Assembly (NCBI GenBank): GCA_965208325.1
Contig: OZ242326.1
Coordinates: forward strand, 1,472,001-1,536,000
Source: Candidatus Poribacteria bacterium
GTDB lineage: Bacteria > Poribacteria > WGA-4E > PCPOR2b
Length of the DNA: 64,000 nt
Reading direction: 5' to 3'
Under the pieces are notes generated by a model. That model worked only from the letters and a program-made list of their open reading frames with translations. It was not told the DNA's origin and made no database searches. This document shows positions 49,503 to 59,329 of the stretch, in pieces. A program made the position numbers and the translations under genes. The number at the start of each line of letters is the position of its first letter. The stretch's first letter is position 1.

Positions 49503-50822
49503 ATGACGCTCAAGGAACACATCGACGATATATGTGAACGCCTAGGAAGAAACGAATTCAAGTCAGAGGATAACGTGTCAAACGGAATCGTGCGGCGATT
49601 ACTAGATGCGCTATCTTGGCCAGTGTATGATATGACTGTTGCCATTTCTGAATTCCCAGTGGAATCGAGAAGAGTAGATTTTGCTCTCTGCCATCCGCCA
49701 AACAACCCGCTGGTTTTCGTTGAGGTCAAGCAAATAGGCAAACTTGATGAAGATGCAGAGAAACAACTGTTTGAGTACGCTTATCACGAAGGCGTCCCAG
49801 TGGTCATCCTCACCGACGGCAGGGAATGGCACTTTTTCCACCCGATTGGGCGAGGGAATTACAAAGAACGTAAGGTATACAAACTGGATTTATTGGAAAT
49901 GGCCAGTGAGGAAAGCGCTCAACGTCTGAGCAGATATCTAAACTATGAGTCGATACGTACTGGTAGCGCTATTACGGCTATCGAAAACGACCATCGGGAA
50001 ATTTCCATGCGACGGCAAATTGAAGACGTATGGAACACATTGCTGCAACAAGAGGCTGCGCTGATAGAATTAATAGCAAGGGAAGTTGAAAGTCGACATG
50101 GTAACAAGCCAAGCAGTGAGCAGGTGGTAAATTTCCTGAAAAACCCACCTCAGCTTGAGTCTAATCCGAAAGAAATTCCCCTCCCACCAATACCGAGCCC
50201 TCCGGTAATATCGTCCTCGCGCTTTGTAGTTACAATGTCCGATGGTGAGCGGATTGATCATCCAGTTGCAGCAGATACCTTCGTTGAGACAATTGAAAAA
50301 CTAGGGTTAGAGCAAGTTGAAAAAGTTAATCCTAAACTTTTGTCCACCTCGAACACGTATCGGGCATTCCGGCAAAGAGGTCGGTATTACATAAACGTCG
50401 GCTTTTCAAACGGGCAAAAGAAGAAAATCTTGGATAACCTTGCCAATGCGCTTGGTGCGCGATTGCTAGTTGAGTCACACCCGAAAGACGTGCCTCCGCC
50501 ACCATCACAGCAGGAGCCGCAAAACACCATAGACAAAAAACCACCCACACGACTTGTCGTTATTATGCGAGATGGCGAGAAGATTGATCATCCCGTTGCG
50601 GCAAATACTTTCGCTGATGTGATTGAAAAACTAGGATTAGACCAAGCGGAAAAAATAGAACCCAAGCATATATCCACTTCAAACACGTATAGGAATTTCA
50701 AGAGAAGAGGTCAGTATTTTATAGACACAAACCTTTCTAACAGCCAAAAGAAGAACATCATCGAAAACATTGCCGATGCGCTAGGTGTGCGATTAAACGT
50801 GAAAATAGCCCCAAAAAATTAA
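49503..50822 (+). CDS. HsdR-N-like PD-(D/E)xK endonuclease with two tandem C-terminal SeqA-like domains
   Basis: RRVDFAL...FVEVK...QLFEY...ILTDGREW; 85-aa duplicated domain. Confidence 0.8.
   Translation: MTLKEHIDDICERLGRNEFKSEDNVSNGIVRRLLDALSWPVYDMTVAISEFPVESRRVDFALCHPPNNPLVFVEVKQIGKLDEDAEKQLFEYAYHEGVPVVILTDGREWHFFHPIGRGNYKERKVYKLDLLEMASEESAQRLSRYLNYESIRTGSAITAIENDHREISMRRQIEDVWNTLLQQEAALIELIAREVESRHGNKPSSEQVVNFLKNPPQLESNPKEIPLPPIPSPPVISSSRFVVTMSDGERIDHPVAADTFVETIEKLGLEQVEKVNPKLLSTSNTYRAFRQRGRYYINVGFSNGQKKKILDNLANALGARLLVESHPKDVPPPPSQQEPQNTIDKKPPTRLVVIMRDGEKIDHPVAANTFADVIEKLGLDQAEKIEPKHISTSNTYRNFKRRGQYFIDTNLSNSQKKNIIENIADALGVRLNVKIAPKN
50220..50804 (+). repeat. Internal domain duplication (2 x 85 aa, 330-nt period)
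   Basis: 50220-50474 vs 50550-50804, 53/85 identical residues by manual alignment, Pro-rich linkers. Confidence 0.92.
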
Positions 50823-50880
50823 GCCGATCAAATTCATGCGCTCCCAAAATTACGCGCTGCCGATTGGTTCGTTCAACCGT

Positions 50881-53800
50881 TCACGCCAACACCAGCGAAT
50901 CACCCTTCCCAGTTAATTCTTCCCGCTCAATCATCAGGTCTATGATTAATTCAACTCGCCGCCGCATATCCGTACTGACCGATTTGAATCCAAACAGCCT
51001 GCAAACCTCGCGGATTAAATCACCAGACTCAATCCCAAAAGCCTCCGATACAACCTGCTTGACAGCCGCCTCTATCTCTTCGGGCGCAATTAGCTCCAAC
51101 TTCCGCGACGCGTTCGGGAGCTCGCTCCGGTCACGCACGATGTTGACCTGTCCTTGATCCTTCGAGTAGAAAAAGTCACCTCTAATCTCAATACTTCCGG
51201 ATCGCGCCGCCTGCCTGGCAGCGGCTTTCACTGTGTTTTGGATTCGGTTGCCAACACGGTTTACACCTACCGCATTTGCGATGCGTCTCGCCGCTTCGTC
51301 GAAATGCACGGGACTCTCGATTTCAACAACCCGCTGAATCCACTCTTGCATCTTCAATGGCGGAACCTTATGCAGGCTAAGCCCATTAGTGGAAATAACT
51401 AATTCAGCGAGTTTGTACTTTTCAGCGAGTGAATTTCCCCGCGATTCCGATTCGGAATGAACCGTTGTATCCTCAGAATCTTCCGCTGCTTCTTCATCGC
51501 CGTTATTGGAATTGGCGCTGTCGTCTTCAGAAGAGGGTTCAGGCAGTGAAGGGATATGAACCTTAGCCGCCTCTATCGCTTCAGCCGCCTTTCTGAGTTC
51601 TTTGTCTCGAGTTCTAAACCAATCCGTGCTCCAGATGCGGTGGATCCGCCAGCCCAATCCTTCAAGCACCTGCTGCCGAAGCCGGTCGCGGTCGCGTGCT
51701 GATTGTGCGCTGTGATAGGTGGCGCCGTCACACTCGATGCCCAACAGATAACGGCCCGGACGTTGCGGGTCTTTAACGCCGAGATCGATAAAATAACCAG
51801 ATGAACCGATTTGATGTTCAACTTGGTGACCAAGGTCGCGCAGCGCTTCTGCGACCTCCTCCTCAAACAGGGAACCTGCTTCTCTGTCGGACCGCTTCGG
51901 CATCTCAAGGTCGCCCGTTTCCGCATATTTCAGGTAACGTTTGAGTGCAGCGACACCGCGGGCATCGGTACGGCTCAGGTCGATATCATCGCCTTTCAGG
52001 TTGGTGAACACTTCGCAGCGCCGACGCGCCCGTGTAATCAATACGTTCAACCGCCGCTCTCCGCCGTCTTGGTTGAGCGGGCCGAAGTTCATCGTGAGAT
52101 GTCCATTGGCGTCTCGCCCGTAACCGATGCTGATAAAAATGACATCGCGTTCATCCCCTTGGACATTCTCCAAATTTTTGACGAAAAACGGTTCTTCCGG
52201 GTGCGCGTTGAAAAACGTCTGTTCGCACGACGAATCTTCCCGCCGCAGAAGTTCGAGTTCATTCTGAACCGCTTCCATCTGAGTCGTGCTAAACGTTGAG
52301 ACGCCGAGCGTCAAACGTGGGCGGTTGCGGGCGTGTTCGATCACACGCGCCGCGACGAACCGCGCTTCCGCTTTGTTTCTTCCACTCCGGCCGCGGTCAT
52401 AAGCAGTATCTTGTAGGTAATGGTAAATTAACCCGACCTCCTCTTTCGCGGCGTCCGGGCTTGGAAAGAGTTGCAGCTTATTTTCATAAAATTCAATGTT
52501 CGACACCGTAATAAGCGATTCGTGCCGGCTGCGGTAGTGCCAACGCAACATACGCGTCGGTGCGTTCTGCGCGCTAAACAGACCCAGAATGCTCTCCATA
52601 TCGCCGGCGAGGTTATCTTCCGCGTCGATATCTTCGTCATCATCCGCTATGTGTTTATCGAAAAAACGGGTTGGCGGAAGCTGGCGGTTATCTCCAACGA
52701 CGACAGCTTGCCCGCCCCGAATAATCGCTCCGAACGCATCAACGGGTTTGACTTGGCTCGCCTCGTCAAACACCACCCAATCAAAATCAACGCTGTTAGG
52801 CGGCAGGAATGTTGCCACCGAGAGCGGGCTCATCATGAATACCGGTTTAATCGCTTGTATCGCATTTCCCGCTTTGGTCATTAGCTGGCGAATTGGCAGA
52901 TGCCGCCGCTTTTTCTCGAATTCACGCCTGAGCAGTCCCAACTGCCCGCTAGACGCTTCGTACTGTGGCAAATTACTCCTATGTGCGTTTGCAACATTTG
53001 CCTTGTTGAATTCAAGCGAGAGACGATCTAAATCCTTGAATCGTTCGACCGCATAATGGTGTGCATCACCGGTAAAACCTGCAAGGATTGGCCGTTCCCG
53101 CATTGCAGTCTCTACCTGTGCGCCGTGCCAAACATGTTTAAGCAAATCCGGCAAAAACTGGCTCGCCTCTGGCCAATCATTCGCAACCCTTACAATCTCG
53201 CCAAAGCCGCTATCATTCAACGCTTTTGTTAAGTGGTTATAGTTGACGATTTCTTGGAGCCGCTCGGCTTCTTTTTCCCATCCTTCGAGAATGTGCGCTT
53301 GCTCCGAGAATGGACGCGCTTTTAATTCATTTTCAGGTTCAAATCGCACGGTTTCATCGAGTTGAATCATTTCAACAACAGTCCGAAGGAGCTGTGGATG
53401 CCGATTATAGTGTTCCTCAACCGCCGCAACCAATGACCGAAGTGTGGCCGAATCCTGGATTGACGCGAGGTAGTCAATTAACGCTTCCGGCAATTCTCCG
53501 CGTTCCACCGATTGGTGCAATGTCAAAAGGTATTGGGCGATTTCTCGAAGTTCGAGCCAATTGGAAGATTTTCCTTCCCAGCGCCTGCCGTACAACTGTT
53601 TACCGATGCCTTGAATCTTTTCAAGGCGCGGTTGTTCACGCTGCGATTCCAGAATCGCGTCCACAATTCGGAGCCGCACACCCTGCGCTTTCGGCAGTTC
53701 CTGCTTACACAACCCGGCAAGTTCATTGCGGGCGCGTCGAAATTTCCGCGAAAACACGCGCCACCACTTGTCTCCCTGCGCCGCCAACACCTTACGAATC

Positions 53801-55641
53801 TCCAGAACGCTCTGCTCCCAAGCTTCAGGGATGAGGATATTATCGTATTCTTGGTGAAGTTGGCTCAATCGTGCTCCCGCCTTCAACCCCGCGTCCAAAT
53901 CATCGGATTGCGCCGCCCATTCGGGAGACTTGACAAGGACGCCCTCCATGTTCGGGGCGCTTAACGCACATTGTGCCGCGTGCATGACACTCTCGACAGC
54001 CTCACGGGTGCCGGGCGTCCCTAGTTGAAGATGCCGTGCCAGTTTTTCCGACGCGTCCTGGAGCGCAATTACCGCTTCTCTCGCTTCCACCGACAAGTGT
54101 TCCACTTGCACTCTGTCATTTGGAAGAAAGATGCTGCACCGGCTGCCCCAAAACGGGTGAAGTATCGGTATGCCCATCCGCTTGAGAAGGATTTGCAACT
54201 CCTCAATTCTATCCAAACCCTCCGCAAAATCGGCTGCAGCGTGCCGGAATTGACTCGAGTCTAGCGTCGGCAGTTCCACCTCCGAAAGGCGGCGCTCTAC
54301 CGCCAAAAGTTCTCCATACGCCTGAAACGGTGTAATGCCGCTGTCGCCAATGGGCGTGTTGACTGCACGGCAGTAATTGTTTAAGCGGTCGCGGTTATTG
54401 AGGAGCGATTGTACTTTCTCATCAAGCGTTGTCGTCTTTGACCGGCTGAGCGCAAGCGTACGGTTTAGTTCATCAACCACCGCTTTTTTGTTCATCTTAT
54501 GGCTGTGCAGTTCCAAACACGCATCTCCGATTCCGGCTTTATCCAGGTTGCGTTTAACGACTTCCAACGCCGCCATCTTTTCCGCAACAAACAGCACCCG
54601 TTTTCCATTTGAGATGGCTTCCGCAATTAGGTTCGTAATGGTTTGAGATTTTCCGGTGCCCGGCGGGCCCTGAATAACAAGATTTCGGCCTTCGCATACA
54701 TCGTGAATTGCCAATGCTTGCGAACTATCCGCGTCAACGACGTGATGCGTCTCACCGGGATTGAGATGTTCATCAATGGGAGAATCAACAGGAATGGTTG
54801 AACTTGGTTCTTGAAAGCCCGTTGCTAACGCAGACTGCAAAACCGAATGCTCAGGCAGCGCGTCATTGTCCCAATTCGTGCTTTCTAAGTCGCGATACAT
54901 CAGAAACTTCGCAAACGAAAAGAAACCGAGCGCAATCGCAGAACCATTAACTGACCATCGGCAGACATCGTCATGTGGCGTATCCTTTATTGACGCACTA
55001 ACTGTTTGAAAATAACCCGGTACATCAAGTTCATCAAGGTCATCCGCATCGTGAAGGTCAGGAAGGTGGATGCCGAACTCAGATTTTAACTTCTCCTGAA
55101 GAGAGAGATTCGTTCCGAATTCCTCCTCCGTGTAACCGATTCGGAAACGCGCGCGGACACTGGCGCGGCTGAGTTCCACCGGAATTAGAACTAGCGGAGC
55201 GCGGCGTAGCATATCACTCGATTCGGATTCATACCATTCGAGCATGCCGAGCGCGAGATACAGTGTGTTTACCCCCTGTTCTTCGATTGCCGTCCGCGCT
55301 GTATAGTACGTGTTTAGCAGCCGCCTCTGAAGCTCCGCCGGTGAATAGTGTGTTTGGAGTTTGCTATCGGTGTGTCTAGCAGGGTCGGATTCCGTGTCAT
55401 CCTCTTCAAACAGTTGAAAGTCATCATCCGCATCAAGTTCGGGCTTAGGTAGGAAAGACATAACCTTTCCCTGCTGCACAAGGATTTGATAGACACTTGG
55501 GGGGGATTCATCCACGACCTCAAACCCTCTCGCTTTTAGCAGCTTGTAGTTAATCAGCGGGTTGCGTAAACTCAGGTCGAGCAGTTCTTTTCGTGCTTCA
55601 TCCAACTTTGTTTGAATGGTGTTCATATCATTCGCTAACAA
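50881..55641 (-). CDS. DUF4011 - SF1 (UPF1/DNA2-like) helicase - Vsr/MTES_1575-like nuclease - DUF3320 protein (Hhe-like defence)
   Basis: LLDLSLRNPLIN, QGPPGTGKSQT, DEASQ, GD..QLPP, HYRS, VQGDERD, RRLNV.ITRAR, GIECDGATYH..RDR.RQ..LE.LGW..HRIWSTDW, VVEIESPVH. Confidence 0.88.
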   Translation of the reverse strand: MLANDMNTIQTKLDEARKELLDLSLRNPLINYKLLKARGFEVVDESPPSVYQILVQQGKVMSFLPKPELDADDDFQLFEEDDTESDPARHTDSKLQTHYSPAELQRRLLNTYYTARTAIEEQGVNTLYLALGMLEWYESESSDMLRRAPLVLIPVELSRASVRARFRIGYTEEEFGTNLSLQEKLKSEFGIHLPDLHDADDLDELDVPGYFQTVSASIKDTPHDDVCRWSVNGSAIALGFFSFAKFLMYRDLESTNWDNDALPEHSVLQSALATGFQEPSSTIPVDSPIDEHLNPGETHHVVDADSSQALAIHDVCEGRNLVIQGPPGTGKSQTITNLIAEAISNGKRVLFVAEKMAALEVVKRNLDKAGIGDACLELHSHKMNKKAVVDELNRTLALSRSKTTTLDEKVQSLLNNRDRLNNYCRAVNTPIGDSGITPFQAYGELLAVERRLSEVELPTLDSSQFRHAAADFAEGLDRIEELQILLKRMGIPILHPFWGSRCSIFLPNDRVQVEHLSVEAREAVIALQDASEKLARHLQLGTPGTREAVESVMHAAQCALSAPNMEGVLVKSPEWAAQSDDLDAGLKAGARLSQLHQEYDNILIPEAWEQSVLEIRKVLAAQGDKWWRVFSRKFRRARNELAGLCKQELPKAQGVRLRIVDAILESQREQPRLEKIQGIGKQLYGRRWEGKSSNWLELREIAQYLLTLHQSVERGELPEALIDYLASIQDSATLRSLVAAVEEHYNRHPQLLRTVVEMIQLDETVRFEPENELKARPFSEQAHILEGWEKEAERLQEIVNYNHLTKALNDSGFGEIVRVANDWPEASQFLPDLLKHVWHGAQVETAMRERPILAGFTGDAHHYAVERFKDLDRLSLEFNKANVANAHRSNLPQYEASSGQLGLLRREFEKKRRHLPIRQLMTKAGNAIQAIKPVFMMSPLSVATFLPPNSVDFDWVVFDEASQVKPVDAFGAIIRGGQAVVVGDNRQLPPTRFFDKHIADDDEDIDAEDNLAGDMESILGLFSAQNAPTRMLRWHYRSRHESLITVSNIEFYENKLQLFPSPDAAKEEVGLIYHYLQDTAYDRGRSGRNKAEARFVAARVIEHARNRPRLTLGVSTFSTTQMEAVQNELELLRREDSSCEQTFFNAHPEEPFFVKNLENVQGDERDVIFISIGYGRDANGHLTMNFGPLNQDGGERRLNVLITRARRRCEVFTNLKGDDIDLSRTDARGVAALKRYLKYAETGDLEMPKRSDREAGSLFEEEVAEALRDLGHQVEHQIGSSGYFIDLGVKDPQRPGRYLLGIECDGATYHSAQSARDRDRLRQQVLEGLGWRIHRIWSTDWFRTRDKELRKAAEAIEAAKVHIPSLPEPSSEDDSANSNNGDEEAAEDSEDTTVHSESESRGNSLAEKYKLAELVISTNGLSLHKVPPLKMQEWIQRVVEIESPVHFDEAARRIANAVGVNRVGNRIQNTVKAAARQAARSGSIEIRGDFFYSKDQGQVNIVRDRSELPNASRKLELIAPEEIEAAVKQVVSEAFGIESGDLIREVCRLFGFKSVSTDMRRRVELIIDLMIEREELTGKGDSLVLA

Positions 55642-55774
55642 TACATCACCGCATAACGTCCAATAGCTCTACAAAAGTAAGGCTAAATCACACACTTTAT
55701 GAAGTTTCTTAAAACCGTCGCACCAACTGAACTCAGAAATTGTAAGAAAAAATTAAGTAGATCCAACTCAAGTT

Positions 55775-56650
55775 CTATCGATTCCGGAGCGTGTTCAACA
55801 GCGTCTCTCCAATGGTTGCCGGACTTTCAGCCACGACGATGCCAGCCGCTGTCAGAGCGTTAATTTTCTCTCCCGCTGTGCCGTGTCCGCCAGCGATAAT
55901 CGCCCCGGCGTGCCCCATACGTTTTCCCGGCGGCGCCGTCTGGCCCGCAATAAAACCGACGACCGGTTTGCTCATGTTGTGTTTCACGAATTCAGCCGCA
56001 GTTTCCTCCGCAGTCCCGCCAATCTCGCCAATCATGACCACCGCTTCCGTATCCGAGTCTTCTTCAAACAGCGCCAGAACATCAACGAAACTCGTCCCGA
56101 TGACCGGATCGCCGCCAATGCCGACGCATGAGGATTGCCCAAGACCGAGCTTCGTCAATTGATACGCCGCCTCGTACGTCAACGTGCCGCTGCGGGAAAC
56201 GATGCCAATCTTACCGGGTTGAAATACAGAACCGGGCAGCACCCCGATTTTACACTCGTCAGGCGTGATGACGCCCGGACAGTTTGGGCCAATCAGTCGA
56301 GTCGGCTTCCCGTCCAGATAGCGTTTAACTTTCACCATATCAAGGACGGACACACCCTCCGTTATACAGACAACAAGACCTATCCTCGCGTCGGCGGCTT
56401 CCATGATGGCGTCTGGGGCGAACGGCGCAGGCACATAAATCGTGGACGCATCTGCACCCGTCATCCTAACCGCTTCAGCAACCGTATTGTAGATTGGAAT
56501 GCCGTCAACCTCGCCTCCACCCTTGCCCGGACTTGTGCCGGCGACAATCTTTGTGCCGTAAGCCACGCTCTGCTGCGCGTTAAACCTTCCTGAACGACCG
56601 GTAATGCCTTGCACAACCACCCTTGTTTCCTTATTTACAAGAATGCTCAC
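55775..56650 (-). CDS. sucD: Succinyl-CoA synthetase alpha subunit
   Basis: GTG start after [38 protein letters not shown]. Confidence 0.97.
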   Translation of the reverse strand: MSILVNKETRVVVQGITGRSGRFNAQQSVAYGTKIVAGTSPGKGGGEVDGIPIYNTVAEAVRMTGADASTIYVPAPFAPDAIMEAADARIGLVVCITEGVSVLDMVKVKRYLDGKPTRLIGPNCPGVITPDECKIGVLPGSVFQPGKIGIVSRSGTLTYEAAYQLTKLGLGQSSCVGIGGDPVIGTSFVDVLALFEEDSDTEAVVMIGEIGGTAEETAAEFVKHNMSKPVVGFIAGQTAPPGKRMGHAGAIIAGGHGTAGEKINALTAAGIVVAESPATIGETLLNTLRNR

Positions 56651-56751
56651 TAAATCTGACTCCTTTCGACTCACACATTTTTTGCGTTTTCGCCTATCGC
56701 TGCAAACATTATCCCTATTCGCTCATGCCGCGCTTTTGGTATTTCATGTCT

Positions 56752-58185
56752 TCAATACGCCCGAGCGAAGATAACAACCTCCTCAGCCGGATTGCCGCAC
56801 ACAACGCACTTTCCGCAATTGCCCGGCTGATCGAACGGAATACATCGCGTGGTGGCTTTCGTATCCGCCTTGACCTTTTCCTCGCAAGCGCCGCCGCCGC
56901 ACCACGGTGCGCGGGCAAATCCCTGATCCACCGCGTCTCGAAGCGAATCGTAATCCCTCGGTTCATAAGTATGTTCATTGCGAAATTCTGTGTTGCGGAC
57001 AAGCAAATCACGCTGGATCTGGTTGAGCAAATTGGTGACTGTGTCGGAAATGCCCGCAAGCGGCGCAAATGACTTTCCTTCACGCCCGGGTTGGTCGCGC
57101 CGCGCTAGTACGACTTGCGCATTTTGAACATCTCTGGGGCCAATCTCAATTCGTAACGGCACGCCCTTTAACTCCCACTCGTTGAACTTCCAACCGGGAG
57201 AGTATTCATCGCGATCGTCGACCTTTAGCCGCACCCCATCGCCGAGGGCGGTTTTGACCCGATCTACTGTCCCCATCACCTCGCACTTCTCTATGTCTGT
57301 TTTCCAGATTGGCACAACCACCACTTGGATGGGCGCAAGCCGCGGCGGTAAAATGAGCCCCTGGTCGTCGCCGTGCGCCATAATGATTGCGCCTACCATT
57401 CGTGTGCTCACGCCCCAGCTCGTTGTCCAACAGAATTGCTGTACCCCATTTTCATCTTGATATTGAATATCAAAAGCCTTAGCGAAATTCTGCCCGAAGT
57501 AGTGGGAGGTGCCAGACTGCAGCGCCCGCTTATCTCCCATCATGGCTTCTATGCTGTAAGACGCCTCAGCGCCGGGGAATTTCTCGCTTTCACTCTTGCG
57601 GCCGGGAATTACCGGTATTGCAGCATCGTTGGCAGCAAAGTCGGTGTACACATCGAGCATGCGCAGCGTCTCTTCATGCGCCTCCTCGGAAGTCGCGTGG
57701 GCGGTGTGCCCCTCCTGCCAGAAAAACTCCATGGTACGTAGAAAGAGACGTGTGCGGAGTTCCCACCGCACGACATTCGCCCACTGATTGATGAGCACCG
57801 GCAAATCTCGATACGATTGAATCCATTGGCTGTACATATGCCCAATGATAGTCTCGGAAGTTGGACGTACCGCCAGCGGCTCTTCCAACTTTTTTCCCCC
57901 GCCGTGTGTAACAACGGCTAGCTCCGGTTTGAAGCCTTCGACGTGTTCAGACTCCTTTTCGATGAAACTCATCGGGATGAACAGCGGGAAGCAGGCATTC
58001 TCATGCCCCGTCTCCTTGAAGCGCCGGTCGAGTCCTTCTTTCACGTTCTCCCAAAGCGAAAAGCCGTAAGGGCGGATGACCATGCAACCCCGCACGGGGG
58101 CGTAATCCGCCAATTGCGCTTGCCGAATCACATCGGTATACCATTCTGAATAGTCTTGGCTGCGGGGCGTTATCTTCTCTCTCAT
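56752..58185 (-). CDS. proS: Proline-tRNA ligase (archaeal/eukaryote-like type)
   Basis: VRPTSET, QWANVVRWE, EF.WQEGH, GTSHYFGQNF, C-terminal FARAY; no editing insertion. Confidence 0.97.
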   Translation of the reverse strand: MREKITPRSQDYSEWYTDVIRQAQLADYAPVRGCMVIRPYGFSLWENVKEGLDRRFKETGHENACFPLFIPMSFIEKESEHVEGFKPELAVVTHGGGKKLEEPLAVRPTSETIIGHMYSQWIQSYRDLPVLINQWANVVRWELRTRLFLRTMEFFWQEGHTAHATSEEAHEETLRMLDVYTDFAANDAAIPVIPGRKSESEKFPGAEASYSIEAMMGDKRALQSGTSHYFGQNFAKAFDIQYQDENGVQQFCWTTSWGVSTRMVGAIIMAHGDDQGLILPPRLAPIQVVVVPIWKTDIEKCEVMGTVDRVKTALGDGVRLKVDDRDEYSPGWKFNEWELKGVPLRIEIGPRDVQNAQVVLARRDQPGREGKSFAPLAGISDTVTNLLNQIQRDLLVRNTEFRNEHTYEPRDYDSLRDAVDQGFARAPWCGGGACEEKVKADTKATTRCIPFDQPGNCGKCVVCGNPAEEVVIFARAY

Positions 58186-58288
58186 ATATTTTTCTCCAAG
58201 TTGCTATAGTAAAACCAATAATTATATATATCCAATGGTGTTAGTTCGTCTTGGGCGTATTGGCATTTGTGTAAAGCTGTTCGTAACT

Positions 58289-58389
58289 GTAGGGGCGGGG
58301 TCCCCCCGCCCATCAATCAACCGCGGGTAGAGCACGCTCAACCATACGGTTTGAATTGGGAACAGAGGGTTGGGCAACCCAACCCTACG
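58289..58389. repeat. Cluster of three GTAG-type REP palindromes (one forward, two inverted)
   Basis: GTAGGGGCGGGGTCCCCCCGCCC; GGGTAGAGCACGCTCAACCATACG; GGGTTGGGCAACCCAACCCTAC. Confidence 0.72.
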
Positions 58390-58491
58390 AACGGTCAGTG
58401 GGCGGTGAATTGTCCTTGACCGTGCAGCCCTGATGAAATGTAAATGGAATCGACGATAAGGTATCTAGATAAATTCGCAAAGACTTTCGTT

Positions 58492-59325
58492 CTACAAGTT
58501 CTCGGTCACCCATTGCTCTACCTTCGCCAATTTTTCTTCATCTATACTGAATTCCTGTGCTTCGGTTGGGAATAGCCCCTCCTCAACCTCTTGCTTGTAC
58601 TGGCATATCGCTTGAAATGTCAAATTTTCGTAGTCCTCATATGCCTTCGTATAAGTTAGGGCAAGTGCACCAATACCTAAAATGTCGTGGATGACGAGCA
58701 CTTGGCCGTCGCAGTTGCCGCCCGATCCAATGCCTATCGCGGGGATTTTCAATTTCTCGGTGATTATCTTGCTAATTTCCTTTGTGACCATCTCAAGAAC
58801 AATCAGTTTCGCACCGGCATTCTCCAGAGCCAACGCGCTTTGAATTAACGACTTGCCTTTTGAATACGTCCTGCCGCGCACCAACCGGCGCGAGCCGTGA
58901 AATTGCGGATTGTGGCCGATATGGGCACAGACATCTATGCTGTTCTCCGCTAATGTCCTGACGACCGCTTCCTTCTCCCATCCCTCCAACTTGACGCCGT
59001 CAGCACCGTACGACAGCAAGGTTATTGCGTTTTCCAAAGCCTGTTCGGGGGTGTCATACGTCTTGTACGGCATGTCAACAAGGAGGTAGGCGGTAGTCAC
59101 ACCTCTACGCACCGCTTTCAGATGGTGAAGCATATCCGCCATCGTGACTTCCGTGTCGCTTTCATAACCCAAGACGTTCATTCCCACGCTGTCGCCAACG
59201 AACACTATGTCAATTCCAGCCTTGTCTTCCATGAGCGCGGTTGGATAGTCATAGCAGGTTAACATCGTGAGTTTCTGATCCGCCTGCTTCTTTGAATGCA
59301 AGAAATTGATGTCTTTCTTCGCCAT
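58492..59325 (-). CDS. panB: 3-methyl-2-oxobutanoate hydroxymethyltransferase
   Basis: MLTCYDY, VGDS, DMPY, VKLEG, IGIGSG..CDGQVLV..DILG. Confidence 0.93.
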   Translation of the reverse strand: MAKKDINFLHSKKQADQKLTMLTCYDYPTALMEDKAGIDIVFVGDSVGMNVLGYESDTEVTMADMLHHLKAVRRGVTTAYLLVDMPYKTYDTPEQALENAITLLSYGADGVKLEGWEKEAVVRTLAENSIDVCAHIGHNPQFHGSRRLVRGRTYSKGKSLIQSALALENAGAKLIVLEMVTKEISKIITEKLKIPAIGIGSGGNCDGQVLVIHDILGIGALALTYTKAYEDYENLTFQAICQYKQEVEEGLFPTEAQEFSIDEEKLAKVEQWVTENL

Positions 59326-59329
59326 CCGC

